From sequence record SRR22947725_1144: a stretch of DNA of 64,000 bases, one strand, 5' to 3'. A program made the translations under genes and the position numbers. A model generated the notes under the pieces. The model worked only from the letters and a program-made list of their open reading frames with translations. It did no database searches and was not told where the DNA came from. Shown in pieces: positions 36,892 to 47,747 of this stretch; the first letter of the stretch is position 1; every line of letters starts with the position of its first letter.

Positions 36892-38649
36892 ATGCAAACA
36901 TCATTCACCCAGCTGATTCCCCTGCTGCCTGAAGGCGCCATTTGGATCATCCCATTGTCCCTGATCCTGCTAATCGCAGGCTGGATGAGTTCCATCGCGA
37001 TTGCAGTGAAAAGCAAATGGCTGGCATTGTTTGCCATTTTCCCTCTGACCAACCCTATTGCGATCATGGGAATGATTTACAGAAACAGATCAAAATCAAT
37101 GATTCCCATCGGTTTATATGCGCTGGCCTTGATGGTGTGGTTCACGGGAAGCAATCGGTCTTACAAAATTGAATTTGAACGTCTGATCGCTTACGAAGCA
37201 GGGCTCATCGAGCAAGGCGAACCGATCAAGCCGAGTGATATTCCTGATCCCAAGGTGAATGCGGATGAGAATGTTTGGGAGCACCCTTTCTTGAAACCGC
37301 TGACAATGGCAGGCAGACCAGGCAAAATAGGTGATGTCGCTCGCGAAAAATTGGATGCATTTTATGAGCCGCTTCAATTGCCAAAGCACCGAGTGAGATT
37401 GAAATACGAGGAAACTTCACCCGAAAGACTCCCCATGTTTTTGCCTACTAGAAAACTGGTTGAATTATCCGTGGGAATCAAACTCCAAGCAAATCAGGCA
37501 ACACTCACGGAGGATCTACCCCGTTCCCCAATAGAAGCAGCCCGTGCTTTGGAGCCATTCTTCAAAACGATTCAACCAGATATCAGCCTTCTCGCGGAAG
37601 CGGTTTACCGGAAAGGAGATGCCTATCCATTCGCCTGGGACCAGGGATTCAATTTACAACTTCCACACCTCACCAAGATGCGTGACTTCAGCCAAATAGC
37701 TCACATGGATTCCATCATGCACAGCACGCTTGGTCATTCAAACGAGTCTTTCAAAAGCGCAAAGCTGGCCTTCCAGTTATCGGAAACCGGAGATTCAGAT
37801 ATCCTCATCTCCAGGCTCGTGCAGATGGCTCAACAAACCATTGCTCTGGACACGCTTGTCGCAGCACAAAACCACCACGTATGGAACGAAGCTCAATGGA
37901 TCGAAATTCGTAACAAGCTTGACTCGATCAACATGATTCAGCTCATGCCGGACAGCCTGAGAGTAGAGCGTGTCATGGGGAGAGCCTCTATCAGCCCCCT
38001 TCTTGAACAAACTTGGAGTGACGCCATGCACACCATCGCTAATATGGGGAGCGGAGACCGCTTGCCGATAGAAGGCATGGTTAAGTCTGCATTGGATTTT
38101 TTCGGTTCCAATTTTTCCGGAGCATTCCTGACAAAACAATGGCGATTGTGTCAGGAGGCTTATAGCTTGATGATAGATGATCTGGAAAAGGCTGCAGAAG
38201 CGTCAAAATCGCAAGCGTGGAAGGATGTTCAGATTAGCTGGGATGATGCGGACCTCAGACAATACGGTTTATTTGCCGCATTATTGTTACCCGCTTTGGA
38301 CAAAGCTCTGAATAAAGCCATTCTTCAGCAGGCAAAACTGGAATTGGCCAAGGCAAGCATCGATATCGAACTTTACTTCCTCAAAAACAAGGTTTACCCG
38401 GAAAATCTGGATGCTCTTGTTCCAGGCTACACCGATTCCATTCCTCTGGACCCAATGTCAGGAATAAGCTTTAACTACAAACAATTGTCGAAAGACAGTT
38501 TCGAGATCTATTCGGTGGGGTGGAACGGAAGGGATGATGGCGGTAACCGGGCAAAAAAACATCGCAAAGATGACACTGTCCCAACAGATGATTTTCTTTG
38601 GGTGATCGGCGATGCAACCAAAGGGATCCCGCCTTACACAATTAAGTAG
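36892..38649 (+). CDS. Membrane-anchored hypothetical protein with a C-terminal GspG/pseudopilin-like motif (PVC family)
   Basis: About three N-terminal TM segments; C-terminal YP..L..LVP.Y....P.DP.SG..F.Y....F.IYSVG.N..DDGG. Confidence 0.65.
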   Translation: MQTSFTQLIPLLPEGAIWIIPLSLILLIAGWMSSIAIAVKSKWLALFAIFPLTNPIAIMGMIYRNRSKSMIPIGLYALALMVWFTGSNRSYKIEFERLIAYEAGLIEQGEPIKPSDIPDPKVNADENVWEHPFLKPLTMAGRPGKIGDVAREKLDAFYEPLQLPKHRVRLKYEETSPERLPMFLPTRKLVELSVGIKLQANQATLTEDLPRSPIEAARALEPFFKTIQPDISLLAEAVYRKGDAYPFAWDQGFNLQLPHLTKMRDFSQIAHMDSIMHSTLGHSNESFKSAKLAFQLSETGDSDILISRLVQMAQQTIALDTLVAAQNHHVWNEAQWIEIRNKLDSINMIQLMPDSLRVERVMGRASISPLLEQTWSDAMHTIANMGSGDRLPIEGMVKSALDFFGSNFSGAFLTKQWRLCQEAYSLMIDDLEKAAEASKSQAWKDVQISWDDADLRQYGLFAALLLPALDKALNKAILQQAKLELAKASIDIELYFLKNKVYPENLDALVPGYTDSIPLDPMSGISFNYKQLSKDSFEIYSVGWNGRDDGGNRAKKHRKDDTVPTDDFLWVIGDATKGIPPYTIK

Positions 38650-38722
38650 CATTGTTCGCTGATATAACTGGTCTCTTGGGGGTTTTTCTGGTAAGTTTGG
38701 TTTGTATAAAGGGTTATATTAT

Positions 38723-39835
38723 ATGGCGTTTATTTATAACGAGAAGCAGCTAAGTGACATTTCCACCAAATTTCATATTTATGGTGAAATCCATCATGCA
38801 GAGGCATGCAAGATTGGCCACATTAATGAGACCTACACCGCAACTTACGGTCAAGGCGGAAACTTGGTTCGATACATTCACCAGAAAATCAACGGAAATG
38901 TATTCAAAAGACCCGTTCAGGTCATGGAGAATGTCGATCGGGTCACAAGACATATTCGAAGCAAACTCGTGGCCAATGGAGAGAAAAATGTCACGCGCAA
39001 AGTGCTGATCATCGTACCCGCTCGTGACGGCAAATGCTATTTCAAGGATCCAGAAGGAAATTTCTGGAGGACTTTTGTGTTCATCGAAAACATCCGCACC
39101 TATGAATCCGTCAACTCTTCCATGCAGGCTTTTGAAGCCGGTAAAGCGTTCGGCAAATTTGTAAGTCATTTGTCGGATATGGAGGGTCCGCGACTCCATG
39201 AAACCATCCCGAACTTCCACAATGTCAGAATGCGATTTGATGGTTTTATCAAAGCACTGCAGAAAGACCGTTTCAATCGAGCCACGAACGCCGCCGAAGA
39301 AATTAAATTTTTTACAGAGCACGAAGCCATCGTTAGAAAGCTGGAGAAGGCGCTCTCTTCGGGTGGTCTACCTGAACGAATCACGCATAACGACACTAAA
39401 TTCAACAATGTTCTACTGGATGTAGAGACAGACAAAGAACAGTGCGTTGTTGATTTGGATACTGTCATGCCCGGCAACATCCTGTATGACTTTGGAGATA
39501 TGGTCAGAACCACCACCAGCCCAACAATGGAGGACGAGCTGGATTTGACCAAGGTCAAGTTGCGATTGCCTCTTTTCAAAGCATTAGCCAGAGGTTATTT
39601 GAAATCAACAAAAGATATCCTGACCAAGAAGGAAAAAAAACTCATCGCTTTCTCGGGAAAAATGATGACCTTCACCATCGGACTGCGATTCCTGACCGAT
39701 TATCTCTCTGGAGATACTTACTTCCGCGTTCACCGTCCCCGACACAACCTTGACCGCACGCGAACTCAAATCAAACTGATTCAGTCCATTGAGAAGCAGG
39801 AGGATAAAATGCAGGCCTACGTGGATAGCCTTTGA
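38723..39835 (+). CDS. Aminoglycoside-phosphotransferase-fold sugar kinase (N-acetylhexosamine 1-kinase/NahK-like)
   Basis: Motifs GHINETY, Q.IN..VF, LHETIP.FH, R.THNDTK.NN, VDLDTVMPG, DFGD.VR and RFLTDYL.GD.YF. Confidence 0.85.
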   Translation: MAFIYNEKQLSDISTKFHIYGEIHHAEACKIGHINETYTATYGQGGNLVRYIHQKINGNVFKRPVQVMENVDRVTRHIRSKLVANGEKNVTRKVLIIVPARDGKCYFKDPEGNFWRTFVFIENIRTYESVNSSMQAFEAGKAFGKFVSHLSDMEGPRLHETIPNFHNVRMRFDGFIKALQKDRFNRATNAAEEIKFFTEHEAIVRKLEKALSSGGLPERITHNDTKFNNVLLDVETDKEQCVVDLDTVMPGNILYDFGDMVRTTTSPTMEDELDLTKVKLRLPLFKALARGYLKSTKDILTKKEKKLIAFSGKMMTFTIGLRFLTDYLSGDTYFRVHRPRHNLDRTRTQIKLIQSIEKQEDKMQAYVDSL

Positions 39836-40162
39836 GCTGCGAGCTGATCTGTAGAAGCCACTCGGAAGGAGAGGTCATCCATGATATTTTTCCACAGGGT
39901 TGAGTCATGCCTGCCCCTCTGTGAAATTCGGTGCACACAATTACGTTCTAGTCAAATACAGTTTTTCATGTTAGATGATGGTTATTGAGTCTGCCTGAGG
40001 AAATTCCTCCCCTCATTTCCTTTGGCCTCAGGTAAACCTTGGTGAACTGGTCAATTTATGAAAGACGTATTTGAAGTGATGGAGAGTTGGCATTATGACT
40101 TGTGGAAACGCGGAGGAATTCACAAGAACAGTGAAATTTTTCTGATAGACGCAACCCACTCG

Positions 40163-43100
40163 ATGGCGCTGATAAATGGCGCGGTAAAAGCCATGGTATT
40201 CGGTGCAGCCATTATGATTTTCTGCGACGCCTCTGCTCAGGCATTACTGGATTCAGATGGAGATGGTATTCCAAATACGCAAGAGATAGCCGATTACAGA
40301 ACTAACCCTTTCAATGCCGACACCGATGAGGATGGTATCCCGGACCCTGAGGAGATCTCTAATCCAGACTTGGACCCGAGAAACCCAGAAAGCTATCAAG
40401 CGCGACGACTCTTTCATCTGTCGTTTGAGACATCCAACGGCTCAAACCCACACAACCTGAATCCTATTACTGCTGAAAACGTAGGGTTAGAGGATGGATT
40501 CATCTTCAAGGGAAACCATTTTTCTCAAGAAAGCCAATCCAAGCTTCAATTCCCATATCGCGGCGAGGATCTGGCGCCGCTGGTGACTCTCAGGCGTGGA
40601 TCCATTCGATTTTGGTACCGTCCTGACTGGTCAAGCAAATCAGCCGGTGGCAGGGGGCCGGGCACATTTGCGCGGTTGCTCGAAATAGGGGAACTTTCAA
40701 GTGACTTCGACAAGGGTTGGTGGGCACTTTACCTGAACTCCTTTACCGACCGGATACATTTTGCGAGTAAAAGTTTTGGTTTCATCAACCCTCAAATCAG
40801 TCATCAAATCGAATTTAAAGAAGGAGAATGGTACCAAATCTCACTGACTTACGAGCCATCTCGATCAAAGTTATACATCAACGGCGAAGAGATCGCCAAC
40901 GGCCCTGGGATTTTCAGTTACCCCTCCCCAACGGATCGTCAAGAAAGTGGACTTTGGATTGGTTCCTCTGCCACTGGCTCCTTTCAAGCCAACGGTACTC
41001 TGGACGAATTGGAGACCTTCAACTACGTCTTACTCGAGGATGATATTCGCTCAAGCTATGAAATCACGCGCATTGACAGTGATGATGACGGGATCACCGA
41101 TTTCCAGGAAACGATGATTTATGGAACAGACCCCCATCAATCTGATAGCGATGGAGATGGAGTCCAGGACCTGATCGAGATTCAAGCAGGCACTGAACCC
41201 AATAATGCCAGTGATTTCCCAGCCCTGAGATTGGCTTTATTTGAATTCAATACAGGAACCTTTCAAGGTGAACGAGGGCAGCTACCGACTCAAAAGCTTA
41301 ATATCGACTGGATTAGAAGCTGGAATACCGCAGCCATCAATGTGGGGACACAATCGCCCTCTGTCATTTCATATGCTTTTCAAGAAGACGATCTTTCTAC
41401 CAATTTCAACCCTGCAAGGGGTACTGTCAGGTTTTGGATTTCTCCCAATTGGCATTCTGGATCCGATCATACATTGGATGGTCGCATCCTTGAATTGGGA
41501 GAGTGGTCTCCAGACGGGTCAAACGGATGGTGGGCTCTTCAATTCAATGCAAATCGCGATAAATTGAACTTCATTACCCAAGGCAATGGGCAAAGAGAAT
41601 TTAATATTTCCCATCCGATCAATTGGAGACCTGACCGCTGGTACCATGTCAGTGTGACATACGGACTTTTCGAATCCACGCTTTTCATCAATGGCGAATT
41701 GGTGGCTAGAGGGAGCGGCGTCTCTGCCTATCCTTCACATCAGACAGCGCTGGCAAGTGGGATCCATATTGGAGGATCTGCGCAAGGTGAATTCAGCGCT
41801 GATGTCAGACTGGATGATTTCGAAACGTTCAATTATGCACTGAGCGAGTCAGATAATCTGGATTACTATCTCGCAACTCGCCCCGATGAAGATGGTGATG
41901 GTATCATCACCTATGATGAAAACCTGTTCCATCTGACCGACCCACACAATCCGGACTCCGACTACGACGGTGTAAGTGATGGGATAGAGTTGGATGAGGG
42001 CACAGATCCAAATTATGAATTCGATGGACGCCCAAGGCAGTTGGCTGCCTTCGATTTTGAGGGTGCCCGCCTGGAAGGTAATCGCAATCAGATACCAATC
42101 ATCTCCGGGCAAGCCCCACAGGTTCCTGGTTGGAAAGGGTATGGCATTCAACTTTCAAGCGAATTGATAGATGCTTTTAATTACAAAGACGTGGAGTTGA
42201 GCGGCGCACCAAATATCAATGTCAGGCGTGGAAGCATTCGTTTCTGGTTTCAACCTGAATGGAACGTAGGAGAAGGCCCCGGAGGTGTCGTTCCGATTAT
42301 TGAAATGGGAGAACAGTCCAACGACCAAAGATACGGCTGGTGGAGCCTTCACTTCCATGAAAATGGAAGCCGCATCCGGCTTCAAATGCAGGGTAGGGGC
42401 AGGACATTTTCAGGCTTTGACCAGAGTCTCGACTGGAAAGCAGGTGAATGGCATCACGTGATAGTTACCTTCAGTATCAGTGGCAGTGCTCTTTGGATTG
42501 ATGGACAAAAGATGGCTAGTGGAATCGGCACGATTGAGTTTCCGAAATTGGAAGCAAGGACTGAATCAGGCATGGTCCTCGGAACGGATGTCAAAAGCGG
42601 TCAGGCAATCAATGGTGTATTGGATGAGTTAGTCACTTTCAATTACGAACTCTCTCAAAATCAGATTCTTAATGACTATTCCCCGACTCCTCCGGACTCA
42701 GATGGCGATGGCTTGAGCGATCTTGAGGAATTGACCATTTACAACACAAACCCCAATGATCCCGATACAGACGCAGACGGAATACCTGATGGGCAAGAGA
42801 TTGCGGATGGAAGCAACCCCCTGGATGCATACCTGTTCAAACCCCAAATGCTCAGTCAATTTTCTTTTAATGAAGAAAATCTGGTTGGAAACAATGCGCA
42901 GTTGCCTCTCGTGTCGAGAGCAATAAAACTCGAAGACTCTTTTGAAATGGGTGGCATGGGGTATCAATCGAAAGAAGGCAGCCAGTTAATTTATAAAGTA
43001 CGCGAAGAGAACGGCGCACTGAATATCGACCTCCGCCGTGGCTCTATCCGTTTCTGGATGAAGCCAAACTGGAGCACGGGAGATGTGGGGCACCCTTTTG

Positions 43101-45262
43101 GCTCGCGTGTGCTGGAAATCGGACGGATCAACACACGAAGCAGTCAAAGTGAAGGGTGGTGGGGGCTCTATATGGACCAGGACCGATCTACCATGTATCT
43201 GGCATCTCAAGCACCGAACGAACGGCAGTGGCACGTTCACCTGACATCCGACCGCTTAGATTTCGAAAAAGATCAATGGTATGAGATTGAACTTAATTAT
43301 GGTCCAAAGACAGTTTTTGCATACGGGGTTAACACCCCTCAAAATGCTCAAACATTCGCGAATTCCTTCCTGTACATTAACGGAATACAACGAGGATCCG
43401 GCCCCGGAATAGATCCGATTACGCTTCCGGGGCCTGAAGCGTTGGCGAAAGGATTTGCCGTTGGCAGTCAACTCGATGGAGCATTGAATGTGGATGCCAC
43501 TATTGAAGAACTTACGTGCTATAATTTCCCCCAGAATATTTGGAATAAAGTCGTCGTCCAGGATCGATCATGGGCTGCTGAAACATCCCTTTCGCCACCA
43601 ATGGTTCGCCTCTCAAGGATCAATAGAGTTTCAGCAAAAGGGCTCAACTCTGTTTACATAGAGCGGAGAAGATTAGGGGAATATGAGTGGCGTATCCTGG
43701 AAGAGAACTATACAGAGGCTTCCTGGATAGATGATGATATTCAAGAAGGGGGCATTTATGAATACCGATTACGCGATACGGATTTCGACAATGCAGATTT
43801 CCGCAGAGTCACACTGACAGTAGGCATTAATTTGCAGCCTGTACATTTCAGGGGGAATGTCATTTTAGTCTCTGAGGCTGGTTTACCTCAGTCATTGGAC
43901 TTAGATTACGAGCAATTCAAATCAGACCTGACGGGAGATGGCTGGCACCTGATTGAATTGGTTGCGCAAAGCCATAACGAAACCAACTGGCTGCAAAATG
44001 CCACGGAAATTCACCGTATCCGCGCAGAGGCAAGGGCTGTGTACGAGAGAGCTCCGGAGTACCCGAACGTCATGTTGCTTCTAGGGCATGTCCCCGTTCC
44101 TCGCTCAGGTCTGGAGGCGTTTGATGGTCATGAAAACCACCGGGGCGCCTGGGCCGCTGATAGTTATTACGGGAGTTTCGATGACGATTTTTGGACCGAT
44201 AAAGCAACTCGCCTTTCACGGGCAAACCCGCGCCTGGAAAACCGACCCAACGATAAAAAATGGGACCCCGATTACCTTCCGCGGGTTATTGAAATTCCGG
44301 TTGGTCGTATTGACTTTTCAAATCTTCACTCGTTCGGAGAGTCCGATTTCCTTGATCTCAGCGATGAAAAACCTTGGACACTTGAAGTCGCATTAACCCG
44401 CCAATACCTGCAAAAAAACCACCGTTACAGGCACGGACTGACTCCCGTGGAGAAACGCATAAGTTACTTCAATGGCCTGGGTTTCCTGCCTTTGAACAAC
44501 GGGGAATTCCAAGCCGTCAATTTGGCTTCGTCTTTATTTGGTTTGGGCGAAGCACATGCCGTTGCGTCACGCCCCCTGTATGAAAATGTGCCCGTCATGT
44601 TTGGCTATCACGAAATGCGTGCATCACCTTTCGGCATCCAATTAGGCTGGGAATATGGGCGCGCCTCCAACACCTACAACCATTACACCTGGCATTTGAA
44701 TCAAGCACAAAACGAACCATCAATCCTGTTCTACATGATGTTTGGTTCTTGGTTTGGTGACTGGAACCTGACTGATGAAAACTGGCTGCGTGGTGTCCTG
44801 GCAACACCTAACTATGGCTTGATATCCGCTTACTACCCAAAATTCTGGAAACTGCAGAAAATGGCACTGGGTGCTCCCTTCGCTGTGGCCATGCTTGAAA
44901 TGGGTGATTTAACGGACAATTACAGAGAAGCACCTCGAATGCTGAGCATCATGGGCGACCCTACACTGAGAATTCATACTCTGACACCACCTCGCGCGGT
45001 CAAGGCGAGACTTGTGAATAACCAGATCGCGTTGAATTGGGAGGGCTCGACTGAGGAAGGATGCCGCTATTTCATCTACCGCAGGCATCCAGCAGAGGGA
45101 TATCAATTACTGAACGACACACCAACAGAAGCGACTTCTTTCGTGGATGATAATCCTTGGTTCGTGGAGCCGAAATACATGGTGCGTGCGATGAAACCTC
45201 AATCAAGCGGAAGTGGAAGCTACCGTAATTTAAGTCAAGCTGCCTATTCAAACATGGAGTAA
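40163..45262 (+). CDS. Large secreted protein: 4x (DxDxDG Ca-binding repeats + LamG-like jellyroll), FN3-like, gingipain/C25-fold-like and FN3-like domains
   Basis: Four blocks of DSDGDG..D..E....T.P...DTD, each followed by GSIRFW..P.W...W..i.vty....LYING...LDEL..FNY. The C-terminal part has LLLGHVPV, GRIDF and MGDPTLR. The ORF track starts at 40058; the signal peptide fits 40163. Confidence 0.8.
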   Translation: MALINGAVKAMVFGAAIMIFCDASAQALLDSDGDGIPNTQEIADYRTNPFNADTDEDGIPDPEEISNPDLDPRNPESYQARRLFHLSFETSNGSNPHNLNPITAENVGLEDGFIFKGNHFSQESQSKLQFPYRGEDLAPLVTLRRGSIRFWYRPDWSSKSAGGRGPGTFARLLEIGELSSDFDKGWWALYLNSFTDRIHFASKSFGFINPQISHQIEFKEGEWYQISLTYEPSRSKLYINGEEIANGPGIFSYPSPTDRQESGLWIGSSATGSFQANGTLDELETFNYVLLEDDIRSSYEITRIDSDDDGITDFQETMIYGTDPHQSDSDGDGVQDLIEIQAGTEPNNASDFPALRLALFEFNTGTFQGERGQLPTQKLNIDWIRSWNTAAINVGTQSPSVISYAFQEDDLSTNFNPARGTVRFWISPNWHSGSDHTLDGRILELGEWSPDGSNGWWALQFNANRDKLNFITQGNGQREFNISHPINWRPDRWYHVSVTYGLFESTLFINGELVARGSGVSAYPSHQTALASGIHIGGSAQGEFSADVRLDDFETFNYALSESDNLDYYLATRPDEDGDGIITYDENLFHLTDPHNPDSDYDGVSDGIELDEGTDPNYEFDGRPRQLAAFDFEGARLEGNRNQIPIISGQAPQVPGWKGYGIQLSSELIDAFNYKDVELSGAPNINVRRGSIRFWFQPEWNVGEGPGGVVPIIEMGEQSNDQRYGWWSLHFHENGSRIRLQMQGRGRTFSGFDQSLDWKAGEWHHVIVTFSISGSALWIDGQKMASGIGTIEFPKLEARTESGMVLGTDVKSGQAINGVLDELVTFNYELSQNQILNDYSPTPPDSDGDGLSDLEELTIYNTNPNDPDTDADGIPDGQEIADGSNPLDAYLFKPQMLSQFSFNEENLVGNNAQLPLVSRAIKLEDSFEMGGMGYQSKEGSQLIYKVREENGALNIDLRRGSIRFWMKPNWSTGDVGHPFGSRVLEIGRINTRSSQSEGWWGLYMDQDRSTMYLASQAPNERQWHVHLTSDRLDFEKDQWYEIELNYGPKTVFAYGVNTPQNAQTFANSFLYINGIQRGSGPGIDPITLPGPEALAKGFAVGSQLDGALNVDATIEELTCYNFPQNIWNKVVVQDRSWAAETSLSPPMVRLSRINRVSAKGLNSVYIERRRLGEYEWRILEENYTEASWIDDDIQEGGIYEYRLRDTDFDNADFRRVTLTVGINLQPVHFRGNVILVSEAGLPQSLDLDYEQFKSDLTGDGWHLIELVAQSHNETNWLQNATEIHRIRAEARAVYERAPEYPNVMLLLGHVPVPRSGLEAFDGHENHRGAWAADSYYGSFDDDFWTDKATRLSRANPRLENRPNDKKWDPDYLPRVIEIPVGRIDFSNLHSFGESDFLDLSDEKPWTLEVALTRQYLQKNHRYRHGLTPVEKRISYFNGLGFLPLNNGEFQAVNLASSLFGLGEAHAVASRPLYENVPVMFGYHEMRASPFGIQLGWEYGRASNTYNHYTWHLNQAQNEPSILFYMMFGSWFGDWNLTDENWLRGVLATPNYGLISAYYPKFWKLQKMALGAPFAVAMLEMGDLTDNYREAPRMLSIMGDPTLRIHTLTPPRAVKARLVNNQIALNWEGSTEEGCRYFIYRRHPAEGYQLLNDTPTEATSFVDDNPWFVEPKYMVRAMKPQSSGSGSYRNLSQAAYSNME

Positions 45263-47575
45263 TCAAGGTGCAAGAAATGCCACTTTACTGCGATCATCGC
45301 GGCATTCTTTGATCAATTTTTGATACGTTTGTCGTGCGTGATCATATGCACTCAGTGCCTCCTGCATTTCATTTTTTGCAATGAATCGCTCTTTATTTTT
45401 CCAGCATTGATTCACCCCGGCCAAACACCATTCAGCGCTTCGGCGACTTGCACGAATGGGTTTGTCATCGACAACCACAAAAACGGGGTTGGTGTGTGCA
45501 CTTGGCAGGATTCGAACAGCGACCCAGCTACTGAACTGAAGTGGCACATTGAATTCCAAATCGTTCAACTTGCCGTCAGCAACAATATCCTGCCGCGCAA
45601 CAGGGTAACCGTTGACGATCAATTCAACCGGGACTGTTCTGGTGTCACCAATTCGAGCGCGCTCTACATGCCAATAAGGCTTTTGCTGATAAGGTCGGTC
45701 TCTGAGGCTTGGATTTATCTGCTCGTCAAGGCGTGCTGCAGCACGCACTTTGACAGAAACCTCTTTTCCCGTATCCAACTTCAATTCACTACCCAATTCG
45801 CCCATGGCACGGTTTTCCACTTTGAAATCCATTAAATGACTGAGGCCGTCACTCACATAGTTTTTCCCTTCACGAATTCCTTCACACCAAGCTTCGTAAT
45901 TTAAATGACCTTCAAGTTTGACATAACTTCGCCCCAAACCAACGCGCTCCCCGTAAATGCATGGAAAGTCCGTCTCACCGCTGATGCGAGTACGATAACC
46001 GACATTCAATGTGTGATACCAGATATTCAACTCCCAGGCATAAGGCGTATCCACCGTGGAAATAAAATCCACCGCTGGCACTAAACGCCCATCAGGATCA
46101 GGAACCTGATGGGTAACATCAACGATGTATTCATTGGCACCGATACCATTGAACGGTGGCACTTCGTAATTAGGCAAAGCAGCGCCCGCCACTTCAAGAC
46201 CCCAACCTGAATGAGCAGGGCCCACCAAAGCACCTTGGGTTTTGGCCCATCGGAGTGTGTTCAAACAAAGCGTTGGCCAATGGTGCTTGGAATCACCTCC
46301 GGGATAAATCTGTTCCTTTAGGCGCAGTAAACACAGATGACCCGATTGGTGCGACCCGAAACCCGAAACCTCAACATCATAGCGGAGTAAATAGGGATAA
46401 CGTGAAACCGCATCGTCTTCTCCGGTAAAAAATTGTTTCTGGTAATCAAAACAGGGCCCCCAGGTCAAGTTCGCCCCCACTTTCAAATCTTCTCCCAGAA
46501 TATGACGCAGCATGTCAGGCGCATGCACACCCTCAGTGGGATCTGTGTAATGTGCGCATCCGGCAGCATGGATATGGTGATCGCCGCTCCAATAACCAAA
46601 AAGTGAGGGGTCAATCCATCGCTGGACTGAAAAATGCAAATCACGTGTCTTTTCAGTGACCTTCACAATCCGCTTGGTCGGAATTGATTCTGGCCCGCGA
46701 GCAAATTTTATTTCATAGGTACCGGACGGTAACAGGAGCTTCTCGCCATCATTCCGATAAATCTGGGGATGAAAGGAAAAATCAGGAGCAAGGCGTTTGG
46801 CTTGAGAAGGGTAAACCCGCCCGAGAGCATCACGAATTTCAAACGTTCCTGTCGTGGGTTGCCCTTCTTCGTCTTTGACATTGAGCGTAATTTCAACTGC
46901 CGGACGACAGGTAAACAAAATATCAATTTCATTTCGAAACCCGATGTCCTGCGTCCCCTGCCCCACATTGAATCCCATCCTTGCTTCACGCTTGCCTGCA
47001 TCGCGGCTGTAAAGCTGAACCAATCTGTACTCAAGCTCCAAACCTGACAGGGTTTTGGTCAGGGGCTGCGCGTCGAATGTTTGAACCTCCAGCCAGCGAT
47101 CATCAACCGCTTCTGCAGGTGAGTTATGAAGCCGAACAGCATTGGGGCTCTGAGTCTTCAATGCTGCTGTGACTCCAGCCTGATTATTGACTTTCACAAG
47201 GAACTGAGTCCATCCGTGCTGCATGAGATACGGATCTGCGGGTCCCTGGGCTACTTTCACTCGCATCTCGGGATTGATATTGACCAAGTAAAGACAGTGC
47301 TGGTCTAGGATCGCTTGAATCTGACTGGAACCATATTCTGGATCCTTTGCCTTCATCGCAGATTCGATGGCATTTTTTTCTGTAGTGGAAAATGGAACAC
47401 CCAGATAATCAGTCGCTTCAATCAACCTCCTAACCTGAGCTCTCAGTGGTTGCCATGCCACGCCCGCAATCACAGGTAATTCCGCAGAAACCACGGAGAA
47501 GGATGGGATTGTCAGTGATAAGAAAAGCATCCAGACAAGAACGCTACCTCGTGAGAAAAAACATTGATTCCGCAT
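45263..47575 (-). CDS. CehA/McbA family secreted metallohydrolase (PHP-like domain)
   Basis: Signal peptide; RGPE; SGDHHIHAAGC; E.SGF....GH; WY..LN.G.R....GETDFPC; AHTNPV. Confidence 0.85.
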   Translation of the reverse strand: MRNQCFFSRGSVLVWMLFLSLTIPSFSVVSAELPVIAGVAWQPLRAQVRRLIEATDYLGVPFSTTEKNAIESAMKAKDPEYGSSQIQAILDQHCLYLVNINPEMRVKVAQGPADPYLMQHGWTQFLVKVNNQAGVTAALKTQSPNAVRLHNSPAEAVDDRWLEVQTFDAQPLTKTLSGLELEYRLVQLYSRDAGKREARMGFNVGQGTQDIGFRNEIDILFTCRPAVEITLNVKDEEGQPTTGTFEIRDALGRVYPSQAKRLAPDFSFHPQIYRNDGEKLLLPSGTYEIKFARGPESIPTKRIVKVTEKTRDLHFSVQRWIDPSLFGYWSGDHHIHAAGCAHYTDPTEGVHAPDMLRHILGEDLKVGANLTWGPCFDYQKQFFTGEDDAVSRYPYLLRYDVEVSGFGSHQSGHLCLLRLKEQIYPGGDSKHHWPTLCLNTLRWAKTQGALVGPAHSGWGLEVAGAALPNYEVPPFNGIGANEYIVDVTHQVPDPDGRLVPAVDFISTVDTPYAWELNIWYHTLNVGYRTRISGETDFPCIYGERVGLGRSYVKLEGHLNYEAWCEGIREGKNYVSDGLSHLMDFKVENRAMGELGSELKLDTGKEVSVKVRAAARLDEQINPSLRDRPYQQKPYWHVERARIGDTRTVPVELIVNGYPVARQDIVADGKLNDLEFNVPLQFSSWVAVRILPSAHTNPVFVVVDDKPIRASRRSAEWCLAGVNQCWKNKERFIAKNEMQEALSAYDHARQTYQKLIKECRDDRSKVAFLAP

Positions 47576-47747
47576 GGTAATTTAGTTCGGGTTAGATTGT
47601 TGATATTATCAGGAAATAGGGGATTGTCATGAGTTTTTTTGAGTTGCGCGAGGGTATGACACATCCCTTGCGGCACCCCTTTTCTCTCGATGCCAGTATA
47701 AGCAGCCCTTGTATCCGGACTCAAATGGGGTTATCGGTGTGCTCTGA

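Noticed and set aside
38750-39322. Long antisense ORFs (190 aa here; also 5225-5725, 45320-45835, 56448-56954, 62845-63372)
   Set aside because: They are shadows of well-supported genes on the opposite strand and have no motifs of their own.
39836-40057. Hairpins upstream of the LamG giant gene (CCTGAGG...CCTCAGG)
   Set aside because: Short, imperfect stems compatible with chance; no known motif.
45255-45270. Convergent genes abutting with zero spacer (stops at 45262 and 45263)
   Set aside because: Tight convergent packing occurs elsewhere in the window (7524/7531, 61751/61757) and needs no special explanation.
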